DNA of 64,000 bases from Hyaloraphidium curvatum SAG 235-1 (Eukaryota > Fungi > Monoblepharomycota), in contig JAIVFI010000001.1 in the NCBI GenBank assembly GCA_025558095.1, positions 496,001-560,000 on the forward strand, in the 5' to 3' direction. Positions 1 to 12,626 of this stretch are shown here, one piece after another. A program made the translations under genes and the position numbers. Every line of letters starts with the position of its first letter. Position 1 is the stretch's first letter. Below the pieces are notes generated by a model. It made no database searches. It saw only the letters and a program-made list of their open reading frames with translations, and had not been told where the DNA came from.

Positions 1-206
1 ACGACAACTCCAGACGAAGAGTCCGCCCTCGTAATTCTGCCGTCGGCCAATCGGGTAACTTCGTTGGGTCTTGCGATGCGCCCGTAAGCGACATTGTCGG
101 CCGTGTTTGGATGGCGTCGCCGGCCCGAGTCCCGCGCCGGGCCGCCCAACTTCCGCCGCCCGCCACCGCGCCGCCTCCCTCCCCCGCCCCGCCCTCGCCC
201 GGCGCG

Positions 207-2059
207 ATGTGGTCGCTCCACACGCTGTCCGACGCGATCGGGAAGGCGTTCGGCGTGCCGGGTGGGTGCGTCGTCCCGTTGCCCGCTTCCGCGCTGACGG
301 CGCCACCTATCCCGCGGACGGTTATTCTCCGTGCTAACCTCCTATTGACCCGTTTTCAACCGCTCCTTGACCGTTTCCTAACCCTCGGCGAACCGGGTGC
401 GATTCGGCACCCCCGGCTGGGCGTCCAGGCGACAATGTCCTGGGCCTCCTCGCCATCCTGCTGTCGTACGTCGAGGCCGGCATCTTCATGCTGCTGCCCG
501 ACTCGGTGCCGGTCAAGTCGGCCTTCTCCGTAGCCGCCTCGTTCCTCGCAATGTGGCAGCTGTTCGACATCGAGGGCGCCGTGCACCTCATCTCGGCCGT
601 CGCCTACACCTGGCTCATCTCGCGCTTCCTCGGCGGCCGCAACGGCGCCCTGCTCACCTTTGCCGCCGTCATGCTGCACCTGGCCTACAACCACCTGCAC
701 CGCCAGGTGTTCGTCGGGCTGTCGGACTACCGCTCCTTCGACCACACGGCGCCCTTCATGGTCCTGGCCATCAAGCTCACCTCGTACGGCTTCTCGGTGT
801 GGGACGGCACCCGCCCCGCCTCGGAGCTCACCCCGCACCAGGCGAAAAAGGCCATCAAGGACGTCCCCGACCTGCTCTCGTTCGCCGGCTACGCCTTCTT
901 CTTTGGCGGCTTCCTCGCCGGCCCGGCCTTTGATTTCGCCGACTACCGCCTGTTCTGCGAGGGCCACCTCGCACCGGGCCCCATCCGTGGCGCGCTCTGG
1001 CCCACCCTGCGCTGCTTCGGCTACGGCATCGGCACCCTCGCGCTGTTCCTGCTCCTGGGCGACTACTCGTTCGAGGCCACGCGGACGGAGCGCTACGCCG
1101 CCCTGTCCCCCTGGGGACGGTACATGTTCCTCTCTGCGTGCGGGTTCCAGGCGCGGACCAAGTTCTACACCGCGTGGAAGCTCGCCGAGGGCGCCTGCGT
1201 GATGATCGGCCTGGGGTGGAACGGCGTGGAGGAGGTGGACGACGGCCGCGGGGGCAAGCGGAAAAAGGTCCGCTGGGACCGCGTGAGCAACGTGCACCCG
1301 AGCAAGATCGAGACGGCGACGAGCTGGAGCGTGCTGGTGCGCAACTGGAACATCAACACGCAGTCGTGGCTCGAGAACCACATCTACCGGCGGTGCACGA
1401 CGCCGGAGCTGAGGGGGTGGGGGATGCTGGCGACCTACGCCGTGTCGGCGTTCTGGCACGGGTTCTACCCGGGTTACTACCGTCCGTTCCGCGTGCCGGC
1501 GTCTTGCGTACTCGCTGACCCCTTGCGCCCCGCCCAGTCTTCTTCTTCTCGGCCGCCATCACCACCTCGGTCGCCGCCAACGTCCGCCGCGCCGTTCGCC
1601 CCTTCTTCCTCCCCCCATCCCCCTACGCCGGCCTCAAGCCCGCCTACGACCTCCTCACGTGGTTCGCCTCCCTCACCGTGCTCAACTACATGGCCGCGAG
1701 CTTCATGCTCCTCTCGTTGTCCGAGGCGCGGAGGGTGTGGGGTTCGGTCTACTTTGCGCCGCACGTGGCGATCGCCGCCGCGTATGCCTTCTTTGCGCTC
1801 GGGGGCGGGAGATGGCTGGCGGGGGTGCAGCGGAGGATGGGGATCGCGGCGGAGAAGCCCAAGAGGGCCACGACGGGGGACCTGCCAGCGCCGAGCAAGG
1901 GGGCTGCCGAGGCGGCGGACGTTGTTGCGGGGAAGGGTAACGGCGTCTCGGCGAACGGGGCCGCGGGAGTGGTGGGTGGACAGCGCGGCCCGCCGCGGCA
2001 AGCTCTGACGGATCCCTTCGCCCCAGCGCACGCGATCCTCGGCCCAGCGCGCGGATTAA
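207..2059 (+). CDS. MBOAT-family lysophospholipid acyltransferase (Ale1/LPCAT-like), multi-exon
   Basis: Motifs GGFLAGPAFDF, WNINTQSWL and SAFWHGFYPGYY (catalytic His), plus many TM segments. Introns near 262-430, 1482-1537 and 1972-2026 restore the frame to TAA at 2057-2059. Confidence 0.92.
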
Positions 2060-2584
2060 CTGCTGGAGTATGGGCCGCTATGTCGAAAAAGCCGTTCGTT
2101 GGCAAGGGTTGTGCCGTAAGGTGCTTGCCGGATGGGCGTGAGAATAGACGGGGGATTGGCGGTGTATATCGACCGGACGGCAACCGTGAAGGCGCCGGAT
2201 CGCCTCGACCAGCACGTCCAGCAGGACCTCCACACGTGCCGGCAACGTGAAGCGGAGAACGATGGACGCAATCGATCGATCAGAAAGGTACAAATTCTCC
2301 TCGGGAATACCCCGGGTCCGCTGTGCAAGAGCACCGCCCAGGGGCCCCCGCAACCTGCCAACCAGTCGCGCCGCCGCAGTGAGTTCCCTGCCACTCTCGG
2401 CGCGCGTGCCGGCGTGCCGCTGCTGCCGTCTGGCTGCGGGTGCGGCCGGCCGCTCGCGCTCCCCGGCCCGCCTGCCGCCCGTGCTGACACCTCCCCCGGC
2501 GGCGCAACTCCTCCGCGACCATCGCACCTCCGCCCGCGCTGCCCGGCAGTTCTCTGCAGTACCCGAGACACTTGTCGCGCCGAA

Positions 2585-3022
2585 ATGTCCTCGATAAACT
2601 GGCTAAACGAGGCCGTGGCCAGCGTGGTGCGCAATCTCCGCCCGGACCTCTTCGGCCCCGCAGCGCTGACCCCGCCGCCCGCCACGGGCTCCGAACCGCC
2701 CGCTCGAACGCGCAGTCCGGCCTGGATCTGGGCAGCAAGGTCGCCGACATCGGCAACCTCAGGGACTTTGCCAACGACCTCATCGGCGACCTCCGGTTCA
2801 ACCAGAACTCCCCCGGCGCCGCGTCCGCGGCGAAAAAGGTGCTCGCCCCCATGGTCGACGACCACCAGGTCGACGGGAGCATGACGCTCGGAGGCCTGGC
2901 CAAGGCCATCGAGAGGAAGGCGGGTCCGGCCGGCGGCGTGCGACGACGGGCACGCCGGGGTGCTGAAGCCGGTGCGGTAGGGGTGGACCGACCAGGACAA
3001 CGACATGCCGGAGAACTTCTGA
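2585..3022 (+). CDS. Small hypothetical protein (~95 aa, 3 exons)
   Basis: MSSINWLNEAVASV | SGLDLGSKVADIGNLRDFANDL...IERK | GWTDQDNDMPENF*. Intron 1 is GTGCGC..GCTGAC..CAG; intron 2 needs a GC donor (AAG/GCGGGT..TAG). Confidence 0.5.
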
Positions 3023-3115
3023 ACCTGATGCGCAGGGCGAGCACGTCGGAAATGGGCCCCTTCCTAATGGGTAGACGGATCACCAGATGGCGAGCAAGAC
3101 ATTCCATCCGCGATG

Positions 3116-4398
3116 CTACATCTTTGCGTGGTTCCCCTTCTTCTTCCAGTACGCTCGCAGCTCCCTCATCATGAGCGGCCCGACCTCCCCCCCCACCGGC
3201 ACCCTCGCCTGCCTCACCATCCCCACCAGCAGCCCGTCCGGGGTCCACATCCTGCTCTCCAGGTACGAAACCCTGCACCCGCCCCACGCGCCCGGCGCGG
3301 ACGACGCGGGGCGGTCCTGCAGCGGCATGTCCGAGGCGACGTAGAGGTGCTTGGTGCCGGCGGGGACGGGCTTGTACCATTGGATCGACCAGGAGACGGT
3401 GGTTTCGAGGACCGTGGGGCGGGAGCTGGGGGAGGGGGGTCAGCGATGGCGATTCGGGTTAGTTACCGTGCGTGCATTGAGCCCACAGGATGATGCTGAG
3501 CGCATTGGACCAGGCAAAGTCTGCGTGGAACAGCGCGGTCTGCGTGTGGGCGCCGTGAGATCGTACCGATCCACCACCAGGGGGGCAGGCCGGCAACCCA
3601 CCGGCTCGTCCATGTCCGCGTCGTCGCCGTCCGGGTGCGCGGCCAGCATCGGGAAGCAATCGAAGCCGTCCCACCACTCGCTTTTGAGCGCCTCGGGGCC
3701 CCCGTCCACCGTTTCCCTGATCCTGTCGACGGCCTCCTGCCCCATGGTCGCCCGCATGGCCCTCCAGTGGCCTTCCAGCTGCGTGGGGGGGGGAGCTAAG
3801 CGCGATTCGCACCACGTTGTCTCCCCACGCGGCGCCGGACGCGAGCGAGACCAGCTTCGGGGAGAGGGCGCGGTGCGGGGCCAGGGCGAAGCGCGCGCCG
3901 ACGTGGTGGTGCACCGGAGGGACGGCGGTGGAGTCGGCCGGCGGGGTGAGGTGGCCAACGACGGCCTGCGCGAGGACGAGGGGAAGGTCGCTGCCGGGGC
4001 CGCTGATGCGCAGGCGCAGGAAGCCGAGGCGGCGGGTGGTGCGGACGACGTCGACGATGACATCTGGGAGGAGCGTCAGCATGAGGACGAGGGCACTGCG
4101 GATGAAAGAACCCGCCAATATCGCCGCCGGGGGGCAGGCCCGCGACGTTGTCCGCCTGAATCGTCACGACGTGCGGGAAGCCGCTCTCGAACGCGACCGC
4201 GCGCGCGGCGGACTGCAGCACAAACAGCTGCACGCCGCCAAACACCTGGCCGGTGGGATTGACGAACGGCGCGGGCACCGTGGCGCGGAACGCGGCGGTG
4301 CGGGGGACGCGGGGGGCGCCGCCGGGCGCGGGGCCCGTGGAGCCCGCGGGCCGCAGGTTGAACAGCGACGCGAACGACGCGGGGCCCTCGCTCGGCAT
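3116..4398 (-). CDS. HotDog-fold acyl-CoA thioesterase-like protein with C-terminal PTS1 (AKM)
   Basis: N-terminal GQVFGG motif, VDVVRTTRRLGF strand, and C-terminal ESRMWTPDGLLVGMVRQ typical of thioesterase II-like folds. Ends NHAKM*. Several introns. Confidence 0.75.
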
Positions 4399-4726
4399 GG
4401 CGGGGTCGGATGCCGGGAACGGGTTGCCAACGGTCTGATGGGGACACGTTCTGTTCAGAACGCACCAGCCGCACCGTTTCGGCGGCACTCCGCCCGCGGA
4501 AGCCCATGTTCTGTCTGAAGCTCATGGAAGGGAGCGGTGTAGTTCAGAAGCCTATATCCCTCTCTGCACCCGGTAAGCTAAACGAGAGGACGCCCCGCGG
4601 AGCTCAGGATAGAACTAAAGCCCCGAGGAGTCTCGAAATGACAGGGTGCTGTGAGTGCTATAATAAGACGCTGTGCTTAGAGCTACGAGACTCATGAAGC
4701 TCCAGCTTCCTTTGTTTCCCTGCATG

Positions 4727-5970
4727 TCATTGTCGAGCGCTCGCAACGGAACCGGCGCCCGGCGCCTCTTCTAGCCGCCCCGCGACCTCCTCGAGCCTCC
4801 TGCGCCCCTCCGACCCAGCCCACTTCTCGTCCACCAGCTCGATCGGTGCTTCCGAGCGCGCCCAACCGCGCAGCTCCGCCGCGCACTCGAGCCTGGGCGG
4901 GTCTGCCGTGCCGAGGGGCTCGCAGTCGGAGGGATCGAGGGGCTCGTAGCACTCGTTCGTGCAGATCTTCAGCTCCGACACGAGCGCGCACCCGACGGCC
5001 CAGAGAATGGCCTGCTCGGCCGCAGGAAACTCGTCCGCGCTCTGCAGGTCGGTGTGGATCTCGAGCTCGAGCTGCGTGACGTTGGGAGGAAACCCGGAGC
5101 GGAACTGGCGCGCGATGCTCGTGGTGCCGCCGCGGATGTTGAGCGAACGCAGGCTCGAGCAAGTAACAATCTGGGCCCACTGCTCGTCGCCGTCCGAGTC
5201 CGCGCGATGCCAGGCAACGGAAGGCCGGAAATCCGGCCGCAGCCGAAGCAGGTCTCCCAGCTTTCCGGGCTCCATGTTGTCCACGTATATCAGCTCCCTC
5301 ACCACCCGATCCGAAAGTGCCGCCACAAAGTCAGCCTGGTGCTCCGCGTAGTCATCGTAGGGTGTGTCAAGTTCGATCTCCGCGAGGGAAGGCGAGTGCT
5401 CCGCCACGCACTCGCAGATGCACGCCAGGAGGTCGTTGAAGAATCCGTAGCATCCAAGCTTTTCGAGCGCAGGGAAACGAACTGCAAATCGAGCAACTTC
5501 TTCGTCTTCGTCAAAGAAGGCCGTGGTCATGCGCAGCTCCTTCAAGTTGGGCCACTCCACCCGGCCGAGTACCTGGAACAGGTCCGTGTTCCCCTGGACG
5601 CTGACGCGCAAGACGGTGACAAATGGCGCCGCATTCTTCACGAGCCCCGTCTGCCAGGGCCATCCAGCCTCCGGCATTTCGTCATGAAGCCAGAGCCTGC
5701 GGCAGAACCGGAACCGGCCGACCCCAGCTGTGTCCCCGACGAAGGTCTGGAGGCCCTGGTCACGGGCGACCACTCGCGGCCTTCATCGCGGATCCCGTCG
5801 ACGACCGATCCGACGATGCGGGCGACGAGGTGCGGCAGGAGAAGCGCGCACATCCCGCGGGACGCCAGCGCCATCTCGAGGAGCGTGCGCGGCGGGAGCG
5901 TGAGGCCGATCTTCGCGAGGAGCTCGGGCGGCAGAATGACGGGGGGCTCAGAGACGGCGGCGTCGGACAT
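4727..5970 (-). pseudogene. F-box-like/LRR-like lineage-specific protein, frameshifted near 5780
   Basis: N-terminus PVILPPELL...RTLLEMALASR is shared with other copies in the window. It continues in another frame (ORF 4727..5773) with LRR-like segments LKELRM, LEKLG, LRSLNI. Confidence 0.6.
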
Positions 5971-6608
5971 CGCGGTGTTTGGATGGGTGTCGAGTCGATC
6001 CGGGACTCGGGTCCCGCCGCCCGCTCTACTTGCCGATGGTCTTACGGGCACGGCCGGTGAAAACATCGTTATGGAGGCTCCCTAACACCCTTTTCGAAGT
6101 GGCCGAAAGTACAGAGAGCACGGACAACAAAGTCTCCGCCCTTTGATCTCTTGGCACCGTTCGTGGAACGCGAGATTGATGCCGAGCGCGAAGCGGCCCC
6201 TATAGAGTGCCGCGGATCCTTCTTCGACGTGAGTTGCTACTTCCAGTGATGATGGTATTGGCGCTGTAGCGGACGCAGGCAGTACTGGCCCGTTTTACAT
6301 CCGCCCCAGCAAGGACCGCCCGGGGCACTGAATAGGGTAATGGGTGCTCGGGCGACGGGCTGGGAGCTCTGTCCCCGCGCATTTCGGACGTAGCTTCATC
6401 CGCACTAATCGGATCGGTGAGCGTTTGGGGGCGGAGACGTCCAGGGCTGGTCTCAAGTGGCACAGAGCCAAGTCCGGCGTTGCGGAGGGCGACGCAGAAG
6501 CTTCGGGCAGGGGTTCGCTTTTCGTGTATATTGTCTTCGATCGATCAGAAGCTTCAGCCAGCAGCGCCAGCTGTCCAGCAACCCCTCCGAAAACATCCCC
6601 GTTCCACC

Positions 6609-7958
6609 ATGGCTGCACAGGTCTTCACCCTTTCCGCAACGTTGCTTCCGGTTCCGGCAGAGCTCTTCCGTCAGCTGGCCGTGCTGGGCCCCGCCATGGA
6701 CGCGCTGGCGGAGCAGGCGCCGGGGGGCCGGACATCACCGCGGGCCAACTCTTGGAAGCGAGCGAGCGGGTGGCCGGAATCGCGGCTGACATGGTCGCTG
6801 ACGTCATGCGCCTCGTCGGCGGGCCGGGTTCGGGCGGCCCGGGGGAGCGGGACGAGGCCGCGCGCGCCGCGCTGGACATCTTCCGAGCGACGCGGCCCGC
6901 GCTCCGGAGGCTCCTTTCGGAATTCGTCGGTGCCACATCCATCGAGCGTCGCCGGCGCTGGGGTGCCGTGGACGCTGCCGCAGGGGAGCCGTGGTGCGCG
7001 GACGCGGAACCGAGCGAGGAGGCGCTGAGCGATACTCGGGCCTACAACAGCAACTTCAAGCCCGCCGCGCAGTGGGCCTGCTCCATCATGGGAGGTCTGG
7101 CGAAGATCTCCCGCCCAGTGCGGCGCAGGCTGTCCGAAGCGCCGCAGTTCATGGATGATCTGGCCCTCTGCCTGCTCAGCAACCAGGTGGAATGGGACTT
7201 CTTCCACACGCTGCAGTTACACCGGAATCGCTTCGATGCAAGCTTCAATCAGGACGAGCTTGGAGACATCCTGATGTCACTCGCAGCCGCCAGCATGTCA
7301 GGGACGCGTAAGCGCTGAGAGTTTCCAGCGGCTTCTCGCAAGTTCGATCCGGACTGCGCCTCAACTTGCACGGCTCGGACTATATAAACCCATAGATCTC
7401 CACATGTATTCCCCGAACGTTCGGATAGAGTTACAAGCCCTCGTACTCCGTGCTCCCGTTCTCCGTGCCCCGCAGGCCAGGACTGGTCTCCCACGACCTC
7501 TCCTGACACAGCATGCCCGTGATCGATGCCTTTTTCGAGAACTGGTGGCCCTGGATCTCCCACTGCGCTGCGCCGTCGCCCGAAAGCAAGATGTCCGCCG
7601 CCCTCCAATTCTCCCACTTCATCGGTAACTTCTGCCCGGCTGTTGAAGCTCGGCCTTGGAGCAAGGAGGAGCGCAAACCCGGCTGGAACGGTTCGAGAGC
7701 AATGGCAAGGTCGTGGGGGCGCTACTGGGGATGGCGCTCATTTCCAGAGACTATGACAACGATGACAAACAGATTCAAAGGCATCTGATGAAGCTCGGAT
7801 CCGGCGACGGCTGCATCTCCGACAGCTGCGAACAGTGCGGCACCGAATCCGACGATCTGCGGCGGTGCTCGGGCTGCAAGGTCACGCGATACTGCGGTGC
7901 CGCTTGCCAGCGGGCGGCGTGGAAAGAACACAAGGACAACTGCAGGCAGTGGCCGTAG
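6609..7958 (+). CDS. MYND zinc-finger protein (apparent frameshifts; possibly pseudogene)
   Basis: C-terminal CEQC..CSGC..YCGAACQRAAWKEHKDNC is a canonical MYND finger. The upstream coding is split across frames (G-run at ~6723, another shift at ~7650). Confidence 0.7.
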
Positions 7959-8678
7959 GCGGGGACAAGCGGGAGGACGGCGAGAAGGCTCGGGCCGCGC
8001 CGCGTGCGCTCAACGCACAGGTTCAGCGCATGCAATCAGAATCAATATCAGAAATGAATTCCAACGGCTTCGGATCTTCGGCAACTAGAATCTACAACCA
8101 ACGATGCGATGGATGGCCCGTTTGACATCCGCCGATGGACCGGGGCGGCACTGGGTAGATAGTCCAACTACCGGTCTGCGGACATCCTTCCCGCGCCTTC
8201 GGCACGTACCAAACATTGCGCCAATCGTATCCGAGGCTTGTACGGGGCACAGGTGTCAAGGGAGGGCCTGAAGTGCCACGGAAGCGTTTCGCTCGCTGGG
8301 GACAGCAGGGTCAGCCGTCCCTGGATGGATCTGGACACCGCGGGGCCCCGACCGCCGGCCTCGGCGGACGCTCGGAATCGCCCTCGACGCAAAATGGTCT
8401 GTAAGGGGCCGCGGACAGGCGGATCATGCGCCGGCTTGGTGCTCCGAGGTGGAGCGGCCAGCCCGCACTTCCGGGAAGCGTCACTCCCCCGGCACCCTCA
8501 GTGTGCCTTCGAGGTTCTTCCAGTAGAAAGGCCGAATGCGCCAAGGGGTGGAAACAGCCGGATTCGCCGCGCGAAGCGCGATGCGGCGGGCTGCCGATCC
8601 CGCCCCGCGCACGGCCGGTATATGGCTGCACCATGCCTCCCAGACATCCGCACGCCCCCTCCATGACCGAGAAGCGAG

Positions 8679-8753
8679 GCCCGTTTAGCTCAGTTGGTTA
8701 GTAGCGTCGTGCTAATAACGCGAAGGTCGCAGGTTCGACCCCTGCAATGGGCA
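8679..8753 (+). tRNA. tRNA-Ile (AAT)
   Basis: Acceptor stem GCCCGTT/AATGGGC, A box TAGCTCAGTTGG, anticodon arm TCGTG-CTAATAA-CGCGA, T arm GCAGG-TTCGACC-CCTGC. Followed by a T5 Pol III terminator at 8761-8765. Confidence 0.93.
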
Positions 8754-9040
8754 GACAAACTTTTTGGATGCCCATTTCGCCCAGGGAGTTCCCGGGATGT
8801 GGGCGGCGGGCCTCCGGCCCGCCCGCCTCCCCTGCGAAACCCTACCCGCGCGGACGCTCGGTCGCAGGTCGACCCCTGCAATGGGCAGACAAACTTTTTG
8901 GATGCCCATTTCGCCCAGGGAGTTCCCGGGATGTGGGCGGCGGGCCTCCGGCCCGCCCGCCTCCCCTGCGAAACCCTATCCGCGCGGACGCTCGCCCTGC
9001 AATGGGCAGACAAACTTTTTGGACCTATCCGCGCGGACGC
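8725..9040 (+). repeat. Tandem ~134-bp repeat of tRNA-Ile 3' end + terminator + downstream flank (2 full copies, 1 deleted copy)
   Basis: CCCTGCAATGGGCAGACAAACTTTTTGGA occurs three times. Copies 8725-8859 and 8860-8993 are nearly identical. Confidence 0.92.
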
Positions 9041-9894
9041 CTATACTGGCCTGACACAACTCGACGTGACACCCTGCGCTGCCGCCCACGTCCATCCCGC
9101 GCCGCGCGTGACTTTCACCTCCCGCCTTCGCGAAATCTCGTCTCCCGGGTCATCGGCAACCTTCACGGACACCAACGCGCCGGTCCGAGCAGTATCCCAT
9201 CACGGCACCTGCGGGCGCCCGCGGAATCGTGCTGGTCGTGAGGTGCATCCGGCACGCACGCCGCCCGCCGTCAATGCCGCCACGACGGCGAGCCAGCCTC
9301 GATCGGGATCGCTTGGTAGCGGGAGGTCGAGCCGGTGTTTTGAGGAGAGGCCGCGGAGCGGGGGTGGAAGACCCGAGATGGGCCGTTCGCGGCCTTGCGC
9401 CCGATCCCGGTGCCTCCATGAAGCCCCGCGAAGCCGTCGTCCGGAACGCTTCCCCGGTGAGAGCACGTGGGGGACGGCGACTGCGCTCCGGACGAGCCGT
9501 CCCGGCCGGTTGGGCACGATTTGGAAGCGCGCTCGCGCCGGTGCGGCCGCCTCCCGGAGGGTGCCATCGCCACGCGCGCGGGCCGATCGCGCTCCCATTT
9601 CCCGGCCGAGAGGAACCGGCGTCCGTGGAGCTTGGTTCCAGACGGCCGGGGAGGCGAGCGGCGGGGCAAGTCGCGCGAGCGGCGGCCAAGGGAGAAAGGG
9701 CGCTTCGGGCTCGGCCGACGCTCCGCGCGCGCGCGCAGAGTCGAGATCGTCGAAGCGCCGGCACGTGCCCGCCGGCAGAATCGTCCGAGGATCGTACGGC
9801 CCTCGAGTCGTCCCCGCATGGCGCGACTCTTGCCCAGCGGGGTGTTCCCCGTCCCGCGGTCCGGGTCACCGCCGGCGGAATCCCGCGCCGGCGG

Positions 9895-10320
9895 TCAGTC
9901 CCCGATGCTCGAAATCTTGTGCTTCAGGTCGCCCGTGCCCTCGGGGAACGTCATGCCCAGCAGCCCCCACACCTCCTCGTCGGCCCCCTCGGACTGCCCG
10001 CCCCCCTCGTTGTCCCCCGCGGGGGCCGATGCCATGGTGGCGGGCACCTCGGGCTCGGTCCTTATCCCGGCCTCGGCAAGCCGCCGCCCGAAGTCGCCGG
10101 TCTTGGATGCCGGCAGCCGGAAGCCGACGGTCGCGCGGACGTCCGAGAAAAGCGCGTGCGACGAGACCCAGCCGCCGGCGTCGGACACCGCGGCGGCGGC
10201 GAGGGAGAGCGCCGAGTGGCGGGGGAGGCGGACGACCGATTCGAGGCGGAGGAAGCGCGGGGGCGGCATGCTCAGGGGCAGGTGCGGAGCGCGGGCGGGG
10301 CAATCGGGCCTCTCCTCCAT
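9895..10320 (-). CDS. Hypothetical protein
   Basis: ORF of plausible composition (MEERPDC...KISSIGD); no recognisable domain. Confidence 0.35.
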   Translation of the reverse strand: MEERPDCPARAPHLPLSMPPPRFLRLESVVRLPRHSALSLAAAAVSDAGGWVSSHALFSDVRATVGFRLPASKTGDFGRRLAEAGIRTEPEVPATMASAPAGDNEGGGQSEGADEEVWGLLGMTFPEGTGDLKHKISSIGD

Positions 10321-10520
10321 CCCGCCGGGGATCGGATAGGATGGACAGTCGTCGATCCACGATCCACTTCGTTCTACATCCGTTCTACAGTGGTATACCG
10401 TCCCGCCCTTGCGAGACCCTTCCGCCGACGGGCCACCGGGACCTGCCCGTGCCCCGCCTCCCCCGTCCGTGCCGCAGCCCGCCCCTCCAACCGCACATCT
10501 ATCCGACTCCCGCACGCCGT

Positions 10521-11198
10521 TCACGCCGCCCCGCCCATGTCCCGCAGCGCCCCCGCCGCCGCCCACGCGGCCGCCGGGAACCCGCGCACGCCGCCCCACG
10601 TCCGGTCAAACAGCGAGCGCCGCCGCGGGGGCACCTCCGCCGCCGACCCTGCCACGAGATCGAGCGAGCCCTCTCGCCACGGCCTGGTCCACTCCCCCCC
10701 GGGGACCCCGGGGAGGCAGTCCGGCGGCGGCATGCCGAGGGCTTCCATCGGCCCCGTGCCCAGATCCAGCCACGCCCAACCCCCCTCCTCGTCCACCGCC
10801 GGCAGCCCCGGCAGCGCCGACCCGCGATCGTACTCCCCGCTCGCCCACGTCTCATGCACCGCGACGGCGGGGTCGAACCGCACCCTCCTCCGGCCGCCCG
10901 CGGGGGCGGCATCGGGGTCCTCCCCGCGCAGCGTCGCGCACGACGCCAAGCTGTCCAGCGGGCCCCTCCCGCCGACCTTGGCGGCAAACTCGGCGAACGG
11001 GGAGGTGAGGCACGCGTAGCACGCGCCCTCCTCCTCGTCCCCGGTGCCGTGCGGGCAGCCCCCGCCCAGAGTCGCCTCGCTGCCCACGCTCCACGCCGGG
11101 CTGGGCGGGCCGCAGTCGGTCGCGTCGAGCCGGGGCAGCCCCATGAGCCGGGGGAGCCGGCCCGCCGTCGCCGCCATCGCCGTCGCGGTCGCCGCCAT
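10521..11198 (-). CDS. Putative PP1/Glc7 regulatory subunit (RVxF-PhiPhi-R motif, Bni4/neurabin/Phactr-type)
   Basis: RRVRFDPAVAVHETWASGEYDR matches the extended PP1 docking signature; the rest of the protein looks disordered. Confidence 0.65.
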   Translation of the reverse strand: MAATATAMAATAGRLPRLMGLPRLDATDCGPPSPAWSVGSEATLGGGCPHGTGDEEEGACYACLTSPFAEFAAKVGGRGPLDSLASCATLRGEDPDAAPAGGRRRVRFDPAVAVHETWASGEYDRGSALPGLPAVDEEGGWAWLDLGTGPMEALGMPPPDCLPGVPGGEWTRPWREGSLDLVAGSAAEVPPRRRSLFDRTWGGVRGFPAAAWAAAGALRDMGGAA

Positions 11199-12626
11199 GG
11201 TGTGTTTGCGTTGCTGGGTTGGCCGGCGGACCCTGGTCGGCGCGGCGCAATTGCTTGGGCAGAATCGGCCCGCCGGCCGCCGGTCCAGGCCCGGACCTCC
11301 GACGGGCGGTCGGCGTGCCGCGACCCCGCGATGCATGCCGGACGTGCAGATGCGGGGTGCGGTGACTGTTTCGGACCCGGAACGTGGTCCTGGGGCGATG
11401 CGGAAGGGTGTGCGTGGATGGCGGAGGGGGCTTCGAAAAAGAGCGGGCGGGCTGGGGCGGCCGTCGGGCCATTTGCCCCGTTGGCGCCGAACTCCACCTC
11501 CGCGTCCATGCGAACATCCACCCCGCGCTCGAACGGGCATCCCATAGCATCCATCCGCCCGAAAACCCCCCGCGCACCGCACACGCGCCCGGGTAGGGTC
11601 GGCGCCACGGAGGGACGGAATCGGCCCGCCGGCCGGCGCTGTGCCGCCGGGGCCCGGGACCCGATCCGAGTTCCGCCGCGGGCTTGTCGGGGCTTGTCGC
11701 GGGATCGTGGGCGGGAGGAGCGCCGCGCTCGCGGGCCCGGGAACGCGTCGCGGGGTGCGGGCGGGGCGCCGCGGGAGGGGGGACCCACCGTACGCCGGCT
11801 GCGGTGCGGGAGGTTTGGATCGGTCCCCGGGGCGTGTCCGGACCAGAAGGCCCGCGCATGCCCGAACGATGGAGCGCGCCGTCCGTCATCGATGCCGTCC
11901 GTCGGGCGGAGGAGGGTCGAGGGCGGAGGATCCGTCGGCCTCGGACCGTTTGCCGCAACGGGGCGGCACATTGGGGACCCGGCACCCCTGTGTCGCGCGG
12001 AAGGCGGGTCTGGCTTGCGGTCTGCTGGCTGGGCGTGGGTGGAGGGCAGGACGGATGGACGTGCCCTGCATGGCCGTGCCCCGTTGGTTCGAGATTGTGC
12101 GGTCGGCCTGGCGCGGCCCCGGGCAGGAGCCGCGGGAATGGACGGCGATCGATCCGCGGCGGGGCTGCGGACAGGTCGGCGGAATCCGCGGGCCTGCGGG
12201 CAGGGTAAAGGAACTCGCTCGCGATCGTTGGACTGCGGGACGCACGCGGATGCAGGTCGACGGCGGCAGGCTGCGCGCGCCACATTGTGCCCCTTTAAAT
12301 TGTCGTCGAACCGGGGGGAAGGAGCCGCAGCATGGGTCTGGGTCTGGTCTGGTCTATCCGCCGGCGCCGTACTACATGAGTAGCTCGATGCCACTAGGTT
12401 ATCGCGCCAAGGCGCACGTCTCCGTCGCTAGTGCGTGTCCGTCAGTTCCGTTCCGTCAAATCCACTCTGCCATCGCAGTCTGGCGATTCAGAGCTCCGGA
12501 TCGATGTGCTGCTCGAGCATGTTCAAAGCCGAAGCCACGAAAAACGCTACCCCACTTCCGAATCCGGGGAGGCAGCGTTCATCCTCCAGTACTGTTGAAG
12601 GATCCTGCCACGTCGTCTTCTGGTTG

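Noticed and set aside
8725-9040. CRISPR-like array
   Set aside because: The sequences between repeats are identical copies, the repeat is a tRNA 3' end, there are no cas genes, and the context is eukaryotic.
8694-12394. Very long ORFs of 1229 aa (+), 631 aa (-) and 596 aa (+)
   Set aside because: Arg/Pro/Gly/Ala-rich translations with no motifs, running through a tRNA and tandem repeats. Expected from stop-codon scarcity at very high GC.
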